In this document: one piece after another, positions 39,595 through 50,524 of the stretch
Layout of the letters: every line of letters begins with the position of its first letter
Numbering within the stretch: the stretch's first letter is position 1
Source: an uncultured Actinomycetota bacterium
GTDB taxonomy: Bacteria; Actinomycetota; Actinomycetes; Streptosporangiales; Streptosporangiaceae
DNA: 64,000 nucleotides
Direction: 5' to 3'
Assembly (NCBI GenBank): GCA_963820395.1
Contig: CAWGAE010000010.1
Span: 249,759 to 313,758, forward strand
Notes under the pieces: model-generated
The model's database searches: none
Seen by the model: the letters and a program-made list of their open reading frames with translations, nothing else
Told to the model about the DNA's origin: nothing
Position numbers and translations under genes: made by a program

Positions 39595-41499
39595 GTGACC
39601 CGGCTAAGGATCGCTCTCGCACAGGTCAACGCCACCGTCGGAGACCTGGAAGGAAACGCCGGTCTCATCGCCGAATGGTCGCGCAGGGCGGCCGAGGCCG
39701 GCGCGCGCGTCGCGGTATTCCCCGAGATGATGCTCACCGGCTACCCGGTGGAGGATCTCGCGCTGCGCGCCTCTTTCGTGGACGCCTCCGTGGCGGCGCT
39801 GCACGACCTCGCGGAGCAGCTGGGCGCCGACGGGCTTGGTGACCTCGCCGTCGTCGTCGGCTACCTGGACAGGCACACCGGTGTCGCGCCGCGCACGGGC
39901 CTGCCCGCCGGCGCGCCGCTCGACGCGGCGGCGCTCATCTACCAGGGCCGTGTGGCCGTCCGCAGCGCCAAGCATCACCTGCCCAACTACGGCGTGTTCG
40001 ACGAGTACAGGTACTTCATCCCCGGCGACACGCTGCCGGTGTTCCGGCTGCCGGCGGCGCGGTCGCTGCCGTCCCCGCCCCCTACGGACGGCACCGCCGA
40101 AACCGCCGGCAGCTCCGACAGCGCCCACAGCGATGTCCATGACCACGCTGTGGACATCGCGATCGCGGTCTGCGAGGACCTGTGGCAGGACGGCGGGCCG
40201 GTGGCGGTCGCCAGGCAGGCCGGGGCAGCGCTGCTCGTCGTCCCGAACGCGTCACCTTATGAGCACGGCAAGGACGACGTGCGGCTGGACCTGTGCGTGC
40301 GCCGGGCCCGCGAGGCCGGTGCCGCGCTCGCCTACGTGAACATGACCGGGCGGCCAGGACGAGCTCGTGTTCGACGGTGACTCGATCGTCGTGGACGCGG
40401 CCGGCAGGCTGATCGCCCGCGGGCCGCAGTTCGAGGACGCGCTTGTCCTCGCGGACCTGGACCTGCCGACCGCCGGCCCGGTCCTCGCCGACGGCGACAC
40501 CACGGCCGACGCGCGGGACGGCACCATGATCACGATCCAACAGCTCACGCTGCCCGCTCCGGAAGGTGCGGTTGAGCACGGATCCACGAACGGCTGCCGC
40601 GTGGCGCGACCGTTCCGTGGCGAGTGCTCGCCCCGCCTGGATGACCAGGAAGAGGTGTACAAGGCGCTGGTCACCGGGCGTCCGCGACTATGTGCGCAAG
40701 AACGGCTTCGGCTCGGTGATTCTCGGCCTCTCCGGCGGTATCGACTCAGCGCTGACCGCGACCATCGCGGCAGACGCGCTTGGCGCGGAACGGGTGCACA
40801 CGGCGCTGATGCCGAGCAGGTACTCGAGCGCTCATTCGATCAGCGACGCCGAGGACCTGGTCAAGAGGCAGGGCCTGCACGCGGTTACGATACCGATCGC
40901 CCGCATCGTGGCGGCAGTTCGAGAACCAGCTTGACCTGCACGGGCTGGCCGCAGAGAACCTCCAGGCCCGCGTCCGGGGCACCATCTTGATGGCGCTGTC
41001 AAATGCGCATGGTCACCTAGTGCTGACCACGGGCAACAAGAGCGAGCTCGCGGCCGGGTACTCGACGCTCTATGGCGATTCCGCGGGCGGTTTCGCGCCG
41101 ATCAAGGATGTGACGAAGACGCTGGTCTGGGCGCTGTCGCGCTGGCGCAACGAGCGGGCGCGCGAGCGCGGTGAGACACCGCCGATCCCGGCGAACTCGA
41201 TCCTCAAGCCGCCGAGTGCGGAGCTTGCGCCGGGCCAGCTCGACTCCGACACGCTGCCCGACTACGAGGTGCTCGACAGGGTGCTCGACGACTACGTGGT
41301 CAAGGATATGGGCGCGAACGAGCTCGTGGCGGCCGGGTACGACGCTGACCTGGTGGAACGCGTGATCCGGATGGTGGACGCAGCCGAGTACAAGCGGCGG
41401 CAGTACCCGCCGGGGCCGAAGATCACGCCGAAGAATTTCGGCCGCGACCGGCGCCTTCCGATAACCAACCGCTGGCGCGAGCGCCGCCCGGCCACCTGA
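39595..41499 (+). pseudogene. nadE: glutamine-dependent NAD+ synthetase, interrupted by three +1 frameshifts as assembled
   Basis: The CN-hydrolase domain (ORF 39595..40380) continues as GGQDELVFDGDS in the next frame, then GVRDYVRKNGFGSVILGLSGGIDSAL in the third frame, then [22 protein letters not shown]...[17 protein letters not shown] back in the first frame. Deleting one nucleotide at about 40348-50, 40676-78 and 40916-17 gives one 633-codon ORF. Confidence 0.85.
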
Positions 41500-41646
41500 T
41501 CAGCACGGTCAGGCCTCAGGACTGCTGGCCGTGGAGCAGGCCGGCGCGTTCGGCTCAGTGACCTTGCCGTCGCCGATGTGGAAGACCTGGACCGCCTCGT
41601 CCTGCTGGTCAAGGGCCCTCACCGCAGCCGGGGTGGCCGGCGCATT

Positions 41647-42304
41647 TCAACGGGGAAGCAGGCCCGTTAGCAACTGGTCGACGATGCGGTCGGCGTAGTC
41701 GGCCGGGATGGGCTCCACGCCACACCTTGCCATGGCCTGGACCGCCCCCGTCATCATGAACAACGCCGCCTCGATGTCGACATCGGCGCGCAGTTCACCT
41801 GTCTCGATGCCGCGGCCGAGCACGTTCCTGAACACGTCACGCCGTGGCTCGACGACCGACTCGGTGAACCGTTCCATCAGCCGCGGGTACTTGATGCCCT
41901 CACCTTGCAGCAGCGCGGACGCGCGAACGTGCCGCGGGTCGGCGAGGTCATCACACATGACCCGCAGCAGCGCGACCAGGTCATCGCGCACCGACTCGCC
42001 CGACGGCTCGGGCAGCGGGGCCTTGAGCGTGGCGAGCGCGTCGACCAGCAGATCCTCCTTACCGGGCCAGCGCCGGTAGATCGTGCTCTTGCCGACTCCC
42101 GCGCGAGCGGCGACGGCCTCGATGCACAGGCCCGCCGCGCCCGATTCCGCGAACAGATCGAGCGCGGCGTCGATGATGGCCCGGTCGGCCTCCCCACTGC
42201 GCGGCCGGCCGGGGCGGCGCGAGGCGCCAGCCCCGGAGTCCGGCTCGTGAGCGGCAGCCGGCAGCCGGTAGCCGAGAGCCTGGATCTTGGCCGTCCTCCA
42301 TCAT
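41647..42304 (-). pseudogene. TetR family regulator with a +1 frameshift in the N-terminal tail as assembled
   Basis: The HTH region AVAARAGVGKSTIYRRWPGKEDLL is in the frame of ORF 41647..41991 extended upstream. That frame has no ATG, GTG or TTG start. ATGATG at 42304 is in the +1 frame. The length is 3n+1. Confidence 0.75.
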
Positions 42305-42344
42305 GACCGGCCTGATGGCTGCGGGTCTCATCTGCTCCACACCC

Positions 42345-44033
42345 TTACGCTGCCGCCGGATCGGCGGCGGTTTCCCGCGGGTGCTCGTGCGCGTACTCGC
42401 TTCGCTGCTCCCGCGCCTCGGCACGGACGCATATCCCTGGCATCCAGACGAACACCACGATCGCGCCCACGACGGCGACCGCGGCCGAGATCAGCGAGGT
42501 GACGTGCATAGCATTCACGAACGCGTCGCTCGCGGGCGCGAGCAGCCGGTTGCCTGCCGGGCCCAGCTGCTGTGCGACAGCCTGAGCGCCGGTAATCGAC
42601 GCGGTCGCGGTCTGGCGAGCGCTGGCCGGCAGGCCGGCCAGGTGCGGGCTTAGCTGGCTGCGGTAGACCTGGGCGAGGATCGAACCGAGCACCGCGACAC
42701 CGAGCGCGACGGAAACCTGCCGCGCGGTGTTGTTCAGCGACGAACCAGCACCAGCCCGCTCACGGGGCAGCACCGACATGACCGCCTCGGTGGCGGGCGG
42801 CATCACGTTGGCCATCCCGGCGCCCTGCACGAAGAAGATCACGCCGAGCACCCAGATCGGGGTGTCCGCGCCAAGGAAGTGGTAGCCGGCCAGCGCGACG
42901 GCGACCAGCAGCAGCCCGATCGTGGTCACGACCTTGGCGCCGAACCTTCGCACCAGCGTGGCGCTTCGCGGCGAGAACAACATCTGCCCGGCAGCGAGCG
43001 GCAGCGTCAGCAGACCCGCGTGTAGCGGGCTGTAGCCGCGGACGTTCTGCATGTAGAAGCTGATGAAGAAGATCGCGCCAGCCAGCGCGAAGAACACCAG
43101 CGCGATGGCGCCGACGGACGCCGACAGCCGCGGGTCGCGGAACAGCCGCACATCAAGCGACGGGTGGCTGATCCGGGTCTCATGCCAGCCAAACAGCACG
43201 AGCACCGCCAGCCCGCCCGCGGCTGGACCGAGCACATCCCAGCGCAGCCAGGCACCCGTGTCGCCGCCCTGGATGATCCCGTAGACCACGAGCACGAGGC
43301 CGGCCACCGACAGCAGCACACCTAGGACGTCAACCCTGCCCGGGTCGGGGTTGCGCGACTCCGGGACGACGAACAGGACTGCCAGAGCACCTACCGCGAC
43401 AATCGGCACGTTGATCAGGAAGACCGAACCCCACCAGAAATGGTCGAGCAGCAGGCCGCCGAGCACCGGGCCGATGGCGAACCCCGCGCCAACCGCGGCA
43501 GCCCAGATGGCGATGGCGCGGCCGCGCTCGCGCGGATCGAATACGTTCGAGATGATGGACAGCGTCTGCGGCATGACCGCCGCACCGCCGAAACCCATCG
43601 CCGCGCGGGCCGCGATCAACTGGTCGGGCGTGTGCGCGTACGCGGAAAGCAGCGAGGCAGCGCCGAAAAGGACCAAGCCGATGATGAGCATCCGCTTCCG
43701 CCCGATCCTGTCGCCGATCACGCCGAACGTGAACAGCAGGCCAGCGAACATCAGCGTGTAGGAGTTGATCGCCCATTCGAGCTGGCTCTGGCTCGCGCCG
43801 AGGCCGCTCCTTGGATCGGCGATCGTCTTCAGCGCGATGTTGAGGACAGTGTTGTCGAGGACGATGACGAGGAGACCGACGACCAAGACGCCGAGGATGT
43901 ACCAGCGGCGGCCGTACACACCAGCGGAGATCGCGGAGGGTACCGGCGAAGCGGCAGCCGCAGCTCGAGCCGGGGTCTGGGGTTTCGCTCCGGCGGCGAC
44001 GCGGCCGCCTGGTGAAGGGCTTTGCTGAGGCAT
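42345..44033 (-). CDS. MFS transporter, DHA2 (14-TMS EmrB/QacA-like) family
   Basis: GDRIGRKRML motif and 14 predicted hydrophobic segments. The start is taken at MPQQSPS (44033); the ORF is open to 44066. Confidence 0.85.
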   Translation of the reverse strand: MPQQSPSPGGRVAAGAKPQTPARAAAAASPVPSAISAGVYGRRWYILGVLVVGLLVIVLDNTVLNIALKTIADPRSGLGASQSQLEWAINSYTLMFAGLLFTFGVIGDRIGRKRMLIIGLVLFGAASLLSAYAHTPDQLIAARAAMGFGGAAVMPQTLSIISNVFDPRERGRAIAIWAAAVGAGFAIGPVLGGLLLDHFWWGSVFLINVPIVAVGALAVLFVVPESRNPDPGRVDVLGVLLSVAGLVLVVYGIIQGGDTGAWLRWDVLGPAAGGLAVLVLFGWHETRISHPSLDVRLFRDPRLSASVGAIALVFFALAGAIFFISFYMQNVRGYSPLHAGLLTLPLAAGQMLFSPRSATLVRRFGAKVVTTIGLLLVAVALAGYHFLGADTPIWVLGVIFFVQGAGMANVMPPATEAVMSVLPRERAGAGSSLNNTARQVSVALGVAVLGSILAQVYRSQLSPHLAGLPASARQTATASITGAQAVAQQLGPAGNRLLAPASDAFVNAMHVTSLISAAVAVVGAIVVFVWMPGICVRAEAREQRSEYAHEHPRETAADPAAA

Positions 44034-44230
44034 GATGCCTTCCACGTCAGTTGAGGTCCGATGCATACGACGCTGCTCGCCGATACGGAACGGTCTCGTT
44101 TCGCAATGTATTCCGGGGCTTCGCCGGGACCTTCAAACAGACCTTCGTCCTTCACTGCGGGGTCGGGACATGTCATGATCGAAAGGTCCGGGGACGCCAG
44201 CAGGGCGCCTCGAGGCCAGGAGGTTCCGTC

Positions 44231-45092
44231 ATGACTGCTCCCACTGCGCATGTCAGCGCGCACAGTCAGCCCGCCGCCCTCTACGGCGGGGCCGCGAACA
44301 GGCGGGTCACGGTTCGCGACATCGCGGCGGCCAAGCTGCGCGGCGAGAAATGGCCGATGCTGACCGCGTACGACGCGCTCACCGCGCGGGTCTTCGATGA
44401 AGCGGGCATTCCCGTGCTCCTGGTGGGCGACTCGGCCGCGATGGTCGTCTACGGGTATGACTCGACCATCCCGGTGACCGTCGACGAACTCATTCCGCTC
44501 ACCGCCGCCGTGGTACGCGGCACCAGTCGGGCGATGGTCGTCGGCGATCTGCCGTTCGGGTCCTATCAGGCGTCGGCCCAGGCGGCGCTAACCGCCGCCA
44601 CCAGGTTCATGAAGGAGTCCGGCGCACATGCCATCAAGCTCGAGGGCGGGCGGCGCGTGCTGCACCAGGTCGAAGAGCTTGTCGCGGCCGGCATCCCGGT
44701 CATGGCACATCTTGGCCTTACCCCGCAGTCGGTGCACGCTTTCGGCGGCTACCGGGTCCAGGGCCGCGGGGAGGACGGAGAGCGCTTGCTTGCCGACGCC
44801 AAATCACTCGAGGCGGCGGGCGCCTTCTCGGTCGTGCTCGAATGCGTGCCCGCCGAACTCGGCTCCCGGGTGACGGCCTCCCTGTCCATCCCGACCATCG
44901 GGATCGGGGCAGGCCCAGACTGCGACGCGCAGGTACTGGTCTGGCAGGACATGGCCGGGCTCTCGCCGCGGACGCCGAAGTTCGTCAAGAGGTACGCCGA
45001 CGTGGCGGGTGCGCTGCAGGTCGGCGGCACAGTCCTTCGCGCAAGACGTCAGCTCCGGGGTGTTCCCCGCCGAGGAGAACTCCTACCACTGA
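44231..45092 (+). pseudogene. panB: 3-methyl-2-oxobutanoate hydroxymethyltransferase with a +1 frameshift about 24 codons before the stop as assembled
   Basis: [23 protein letters not shown] and IKLEGG are present. After ...[10 protein letters not shown] the conserved tail [23 protein letters not shown] is in the next frame. The assembled frame instead runs on to 45517. GGAGG lies before ATG 44231. Confidence 0.85.
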
Positions 45093-45193
45093 CGCGATGG
45101 GTGTGCGGCGAATTCACGTCCCCGGCGCCAGCCTCGAGCACGGTTGCTTACCCGTCGCGCCGAACGCAGCCGTTAGGGATGTGGGTCCGAAGC

Positions 45194-45844
45194 TCATACG
45201 TCGGTGATACGCAGGCCCGCATGGGCCTTGTACCGCCGGTTGACCGCGACGAGGTTGGCGGTGAGCGCCTCGACCTGGCCGCAGTTGCGCAGGCGGCCGG
45301 CGTAGATGCCGCGCATGCCGCGGATGCGCGCGGCCAGCGCCTGCACCAGTTCGGTTGCCCGCCGGTCGTCACCGAGCACGAGCACGTCCATCGGCACCTC
45401 GGTTACCTCGGGATCGAGCAGCAGCACCGAGGACACGTGATGGAATGCGCCCACAACGTGGCAATCCGGGAGCAGCGCGGCGGTTTGCTGCGCGGCGCTG
45501 CCGTCCTCGACACGTAGCGCGAAGGCGCCTTGCTTGTCGAAGCCCACCGGGTTCACGCAGTCGATGACAATCTTGCCGGAGAGCTCGGCGGCGAGCGATG
45601 CGACCAGCGCGCCGTGACCCTCCCATGGCACCGCCACGATCACGATGTCGGCCTCGCGCGCGGCCGCGGCGTTCTGCAGTCCCCGGACGCCAGGCCCCGC
45701 GCCGAGGCCAGCGGCCGCGGCGGCCGCACGATCCGCGCTGCGGGATCCGATGAGAACGGTGTGGCCCGCCATCGCGAACCGCCGCGCGAGCCCGCGGCCC
45801 TGGGCACCCGTCCCGCCGAGGACGCCGATGACAAGATCGGCCAC
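45194..45844 (-). CDS. npdG: NADPH-dependent F420 reductase
   Basis: [30 protein letters not shown] Rossmann region and the C-terminal ...[13 protein letters not shown]. The start is moved to GTG 45844. Confidence 0.8.
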   Translation of the reverse strand: MADLVIGVLGGTGAQGRGLARRFAMAGHTVLIGSRSADRAAAAAAGLGAGPGVRGLQNAAAAREADIVIVAVPWEGHGALVASLAAELSGKIVIDCVNPVGFDKQGAFALRVEDGSAAQQTAALLPDCHVVGAFHHVSSVLLLDPEVTEVPMDVLVLGDDRRATELVQALAARIRGMRGIYAGRLRNCGQVEALTANLVAVNRRYKAHAGLRITDV

Positions 45845-46090
45845 GTCAGGCTGCGCCGGGTCAACACCCGCTGCGCGCTGCCCAGGGTTCTGGTCCCTAC
45901 CAGGCCGCGCCTGCCGCGCCTGGCCCTCGCCGGACCCGCTGCCCGAATCTGCTGCTGCCGCTCTGCCATGCACCCGATCCTGCCATTACCGGCCTGCCGG
46001 TCCCGCACGCCCCCGCCGCGGTGCACGGTCCTGCGGCTCCAGGCCGGCGGTTGAGGTGCGCTGAGCTGGCGCGCCCGGCACCATAGAGCG

Positions 46091-46678
46091 ATGGACGCGA
46101 ACCAGGTGGCCGCGCTAAGGGAGTTGCTCGCGCAGACTGGGTGGCTCGAACGTACGCGAAGGCTCGGCAGGGCGCTGCAGGGCTCCACCCGGAGCGCGGG
46201 CGGTTTGCTCGTCGTCGGCACTCCCGGGGACGACCCCTGGCATGTCACCGCCCATCTGGAGGAGGAAGCCCGGCTCGGCGGTGTGCCCACCCTGATGCCG
46301 ACCCTGATCCGCTGGTCGGCGCCGCCCGACGCACCGGGTCACCTGCGGATCGGCCTGGAGCGACTCGAAGCGGCGCGGCGCGGCGAGACACTGTTCGTCG
46401 TGGCTGCGGAGGCCGCGCCTGCCCCGCTGCTGCAACGGGTGAGCGACGCACGACGGATCGGGGCCACGGTTGTCGCGCTGGATCAGGGGGACAGCGAACT
46501 CGAGCAACTGGCCCACGAGGCGCTTGCCGTCCCCCCCGGCAGCTCCCCCGTCTCCTTCGAGGGGGCGCAGCACCTGGTCAGCGCCGCCACTGGCGAAGCG
46601 CAAGGTAGCCGCAGACCGGGGCTGCGTGAACGGTTGGCCCGGCTGCTCGACGCGGTCAGCGGTCCGGCCGACATCTAA
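46091..46678 (+). CDS. conserved hypothetical protein (SIS-like fold suspected)
   Basis: 195-aa ORF with genome-typical composition, located after panB/npdG. I cannot assign a motif with confidence. Confidence 0.55.
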   Translation: MDANQVAALRELLAQTGWLERTRRLGRALQGSTRSAGGLLVVGTPGDDPWHVTAHLEEEARLGGVPTLMPTLIRWSAPPDAPGHLRIGLERLEAARRGETLFVVAAEAAPAPLLQRVSDARRIGATVVALDQGDSELEQLAHEALAVPPGSSPVSFEGAQHLVSAATGEAQGSRRPGLRERLARLLDAVSGPADI

Positions 46679-46728
46679 CATGCGGCGCGCCCGTCCCGCG
46701 GCGCGGCCCAGACCTGCGCACCGCGTAG

Positions 46729-47604
46729 AAGACCGGCGCAACGCGGCGCACCAATTCGGCGCAGCAGGTCGCGAACATCCTCGGGCCGGACACACGTCTT
46801 GACCGGGTCTACGCTGACGACGTCGAGATGGCGCTACGGAAGTTCGCGCTGGACCACGCACCGCGCACCGTCGCGCACGCGGCGAACCAGTTCAAGAAGG
46901 TGATCGCGAAGGCGAAGCGGGCCGGTAAGATCAGCCCGGTCGTCGCCGCGGGAATCGCGACCCTCGACACACCGGTCGGCCAGGCTGACGGCAACCCGAC
47001 CGACGCGCTAAACCTGGAGCAGGCGCACGCGCTCGTCGCCGCGGCGCAGCGGGACGGCACGTACATCGGCCCGTACACAATCATCAGCCTGTGCGACATG
47101 GCGCCGCGGCCGGAGGAGGCGCGCGCGTTGGTGTGGGGCGACCTCGCCGGCGGCGTGTTCCGGGTCACGCACAGTACACGCCGGCCGAAGCGGGACGGCG
47201 CCACCCTGAAGACGCCGAAGAGCGAGCGGTCGGGCCGGCTGACGCTGGTCTCCGCTGCCGCGCTGCGGACACACAAGGCGCGCCAGGCGGCCGCCGGGAT
47301 CCCGGTGGGTGACGCCGACCCGGTCTTCACCGACGCGGCCGGCCACAAGCTCACCGCCGGCCAGGTCCTGGCAGACTTCACGGGGCTTTGTGATGCGGCC
47401 GGCCTGGAGGGGTTCGTGCCCTACAGCCTGCGCCACAGCTACCGGATGATCCTCCGCGAGCTCGGCGTCGACAGCGATACGATCTCAGATCTCATGGGGC
47501 ACACCCACGGCGGCACCGGCGGCAAGATCTACGGCAACCACCCGGTCGAGTACGTACAGATCGCCGGCGCAAACGCCATCGACAAGGAGTTCCCGATCAA
47601 CTGA
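46729..47604 (+). pseudogene. tyrosine recombinase/integrase lacking its N-terminal arm-binding region
   Basis: The catalytic domain has RPEEARALVWGDL, ...SLRHSYRMILRELGVDSDTISDLMGHTHGG...Y. An in-frame stop at 46726..46728 sits only about 33 codons upstream of the first ATG (46828). Confidence 0.7.
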
Positions 47605-47656
47605 ACCCCGCCGGGCGCCGAATCTATCCCGCCCAGCGCGCGACTTTGGAGGGGAC

Positions 47657-47944
47657 ATGGACCTGAACACCGAGGACCGGGCGTGGTTCGACGCGTTCCA
47701 TCTGGCGTGGCCTCTGTACGCACACGACGCGGAACGGGTCGTCGACACGATCAGCTGGTATGCGGACCGGCTCGGCTACGGCCACCCGGCCGTCGAGGCG
47801 ATGACCGACCAACTGGCGCGCATGCACGGCTGGGGCGGCGGCCCGGACCGCGCGGAGATCTCCGCCCACGCGCGGCGCCTCGGCATTCCGCACCATCCCC
47901 CCAGCCGAGGACGGGAAGACGCTTATTACTCGAGCGCATCCTGA
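47657..47944 (+). CDS. orphan 95-aa protein
   Basis: ORF MDLNTEDRAWFDAFHLAWPLYAHDAERVVDTISWYADRLGYGHPAVEAMTDQLARMHGWGG.... No recognised motif. Confidence 0.4.
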   Translation: MDLNTEDRAWFDAFHLAWPLYAHDAERVVDTISWYADRLGYGHPAVEAMTDQLARMHGWGGGPDRAEISAHARRLGIPHHPPSRGREDAYYSSAS

Positions 47945-47995
47945 CCCCCAGGGCGCGCGAAACTTTCACCGATTCGCTGCCAATCCGCGGTCGCC

Positions 47996-48160
47996 GGAAA
48001 CGCAGCCGGTAGCCGCCCGCCGGAAGCTTGCGAATGTTGCCAACCGGACGGCGGGCCACACGCTCGGCCAGCGCGAAGACCTGCGGCACAGTGAGCACAG
48101 GCCGTTCTCGGGTGTTCTCGTCACCCTCCCCGCGGATGCCGGCACGGGTTCTGAGGCTGA
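47996..48160 (-). pseudogene. scrambled integrase fragment
   Basis: The minus strand reads NPC(frameshift)IRGEGDENTRERPVLTVPQVFALAERV, followed by GNIRKLPAGGYRLRF, which looks like an integrase N-terminal arm motif. Confidence 0.4.
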
Positions 48161-48277
48161 ATCTTGACCTCTGTTAATGCAGAAGCGAGCTGAGCCCTGG
48201 CCGGGCCTCCGGGCCATTCACACGAGAGGGCGGGAAGAGTAGGGTCGCCCGTGTGCAACTCACAGCAAGGAGCTTCT

Positions 48278-48718
48278 ATGTCCGATCCGAAAGCGGTAAT
48301 TGACCGCGGTTTGCAGGCGTGGCGTGCGCGGGACGCCGAGGCATGGGCTGAATGCTACGCCGAGGACGCGACGATCGTGGCACCGGGCGGCGTGGAGCTG
48401 CGGGGACGAGACGGTGCAAAACAATTCCTCGCCATATGGGCCGAGGGTCTCCCGGACAACGACATCATGATCACGCGGGAGTACGTCTGCGGCTCTGTCG
48501 TCGTGCAAGAGGGGGTCTTCAGCGGCACACACACGGGTGGCCTGATGGCGCCCAACGGTCAAGTGATTCCGGCCACCGGTCGTTCACTCAGCGCTCCGTA
48601 CGCAGAGTTTTTCGAGGTCGAGGGCGACCGGATCACGTCCGATCGCCTGTACTTCGACCAGGTCGAGTTGCTCACTCAACTCGGGCTGTTGCCCGACCCA
48701 GTCGTCGCAGCCTCGTAG
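48278..48718 (+). CDS. SnoaL-like / NTF2-fold (ester cyclase-like) protein
   Basis: Pattern AWRARDAEAWAECYAEDATIVAPGG...GRDGAKQF...FEVEGDRITSDRLYFD. AAGGAG lies upstream of ATG 48278. Confidence 0.7.
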   Translation: MSDPKAVIDRGLQAWRARDAEAWAECYAEDATIVAPGGVELRGRDGAKQFLAIWAEGLPDNDIMITREYVCGSVVVQEGVFSGTHTGGLMAPNGQVIPATGRSLSAPYAEFFEVEGDRITSDRLYFDQVELLTQLGLLPDPVVAAS

Positions 48719-49346
48719 CGTCGGCTCGCCCCGGGCCGCTGCGCGCTCTGGCGCGGCGGCCTTCAGGAGCAGAACGCCTCCTTGAGGGCATTGCGGCAAC
48801 GACGCCTCACGCCCGTCGTGAGCAACAGCATCAGCGTTGGCTGACGGTCCGGTGCTCTGCTGCTTCCGCGATGCAACAGCGCGGGTGTTCGCCTCCTCGG
48901 CCTGCGAGATCTCTGCTTGACACGCGGCCGCGGCCGGGCAGACGGAAGGCTCACGGCAGTTCTTCGATAAGGAACGTCGCAGCCCTCGACCTGGCGCGAA
49001 GATACTTCGCCGCAGACCGGGAGGTTGTCCGGCCCTTCCGCCTCCACGGCGAACGCGGTGGTATCGATCAAGGTCCACCGCAGCGATTCGGCAGCGGCCA
49101 GCCGGTGCGTGCTGTGGACAAAGCACTTCACTTACACGAGCCCGCCAGACCGATCGGGGGCCTGGCCTATGAGGCAACGGTCGCCAGTGAGGGCGGAGAA
49201 CGCCTTGGCGTGCCGCCGTCGGTGCCTGTATTCGAGCCGCCCGGCCGGTGCCCGCGAAACTTCGCGACATGAGGACTTTGGCCCCTGGCTGCTGTCCGGC
49301 GGCCGACATGAACTGGGAATCGGCTCACCGGAGGAAGTTCCTGGTC

Positions 49347-49838
49347 ATGACTGTGCCAGAAGACATCCGAGAACATCACACGCATTGCGTGCCGTACCAG
49401 GTCCGGTTGCGGATACTTGCCCGTGACGAGGCCTCTGCGCCGCTTCCGCCCGGCATCGTTCACGAGGTCAGCCAGGCGACCAGTGCGATCCTCGCCGGGG
49501 CCATAGCAGCCGAGCGTGCGGCAGTGGCCGCGGTCACCGGCGGCGGTCGCGGCGGTTCCAGGGTCGCACGGTTCCTGGCGGCCCGGCTGGCCCGGCTCGC
49601 GGCGGCGGCCGATTACGTAGTGACTGCGGCTCGGGACGGGAATGCGGTCGCGCTCCGCCAGCACCTGCGCAGGTTCGATGCGCTCACATCGGCTTTGTGG
49701 ACCGTGCTACCGGACGTCTGTGACGTGGGCAGCCAACGTCCCTGCCGCGGCTCCAGCCAAGGCAGCCCCCCAGGAGGATTGGGAGCCGGGGGTAACCGCG
49801 GGCGTCCACGCCCCTACGCCGCGCTTGGAACAAGATAA
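49347..49838 (+). CDS. orphan protein (about 163 aa), helical
   Basis: GGAGGA lies upstream of ATG 49347. Reads MTVPEDIREHHTHCVPYQVRLRIL...DYVVTAARDGNAVALRQHLRRFDALTSALW. Weak call. Confidence 0.3.
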   Translation: MTVPEDIREHHTHCVPYQVRLRILARDEASAPLPPGIVHEVSQATSAILAGAIAAERAAVAAVTGGGRGGSRVARFLAARLARLAAAADYVVTAARDGNAVALRQHLRRFDALTSALWTVLPDVCDVGSQRPCRGSSQGSPPGGLGAGGNRGRPRPYAALGTR

Positions 49839-50104
49839 GCATCCCGTTCAGCTGCCGGAGGCAGGCCGCTCACCGCAGGCGTTAACAGGCCCGGAGTTGT
49901 GGCGCTCCTCGCTCCGAGCGGCCCCGCGGCGGTGGGACCATCGGAGCGCGCTCGGTGCAACTGAGGCTGACGGGTGACACGCCATTGCTGCGGACTCGGC
50001 CCTGGGCCGCGAATCTCTCGATCCCCCGAGACATGTTCAGCCCCGGGCGTGGGGGAGTGAGTTTCCAGGAGCCCTTCGGCGGTCGGGGCTGGCGGATTGT
50101 GCGC

Positions 50105-50524
50105 TTACCGGTTGTTCGCTGACGCCTTGTGTGCCACGTCGTTTATCACGGCGGGCCCGCCGGTGACGCGGTGCTCAGCGTTCTCGACCTTGTGCTCCGC
50201 CTGCTTCAGCACCTTCTCGGTCCGCTTGAACACCAGGCGCGCCGGGGGCCGCGTCCGCAGCTGCTGGATGACTTCCTCACCGCGCTCGGCGAGGTCATCG
50301 TAGGTCCCCCGCACCTGCCTGCGGACCTCTTCCCTGTTCAGCTTCTTGGCTTGCTTCTGCAGCTTCTCGACCTGCGCCCGGTCCTTCAGCTCAGTGAGCA
50401 TCCGGCTGTAGGCGAGATCGGTTGCACCGACCCATGCGCACACGAGCCTACGCACCTCCTCCAGCGAAAACTTGCCCTGGTCACGCATGGTCTCGCTGTA
50501 CTTACGGACATCTACGGTAGGCAT
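50105..50524 (-). CDS. HbhA-like (heparin-binding hemagglutinin / phasin-like coiled-coil) protein
   Basis: VGATDLAYSRMLTEL...YDDLAERGEEVIQQLRTRP resembles the mycobacterial HbhA family. The composition is Lys/Glu-rich coiled coil. Confidence 0.55.
   Translation of the reverse strand: MPTVDVRKYSETMRDQGKFSLEEVRRLVCAWVGATDLAYSRMLTELKDRAQVEKLQKQAKKLNREEVRRQVRGTYDDLAERGEEVIQQLRTRPPARLVFKRTEKVLKQAEHKVENAEHRVTGGPAVINDVAHKASANNR

Noticed and set aside
41507-41640. A minus-strand fragment ...LDQQDEAVQVFHIGDGKVTEP... lies downstream of tetR and looks like the tail of an NTF2/SnoaL-like protein.
   Set aside because: It is only about 40 codons long and is bounded upstream by a stop with no start. At best it is a gene remnant, so I did not annotate it.
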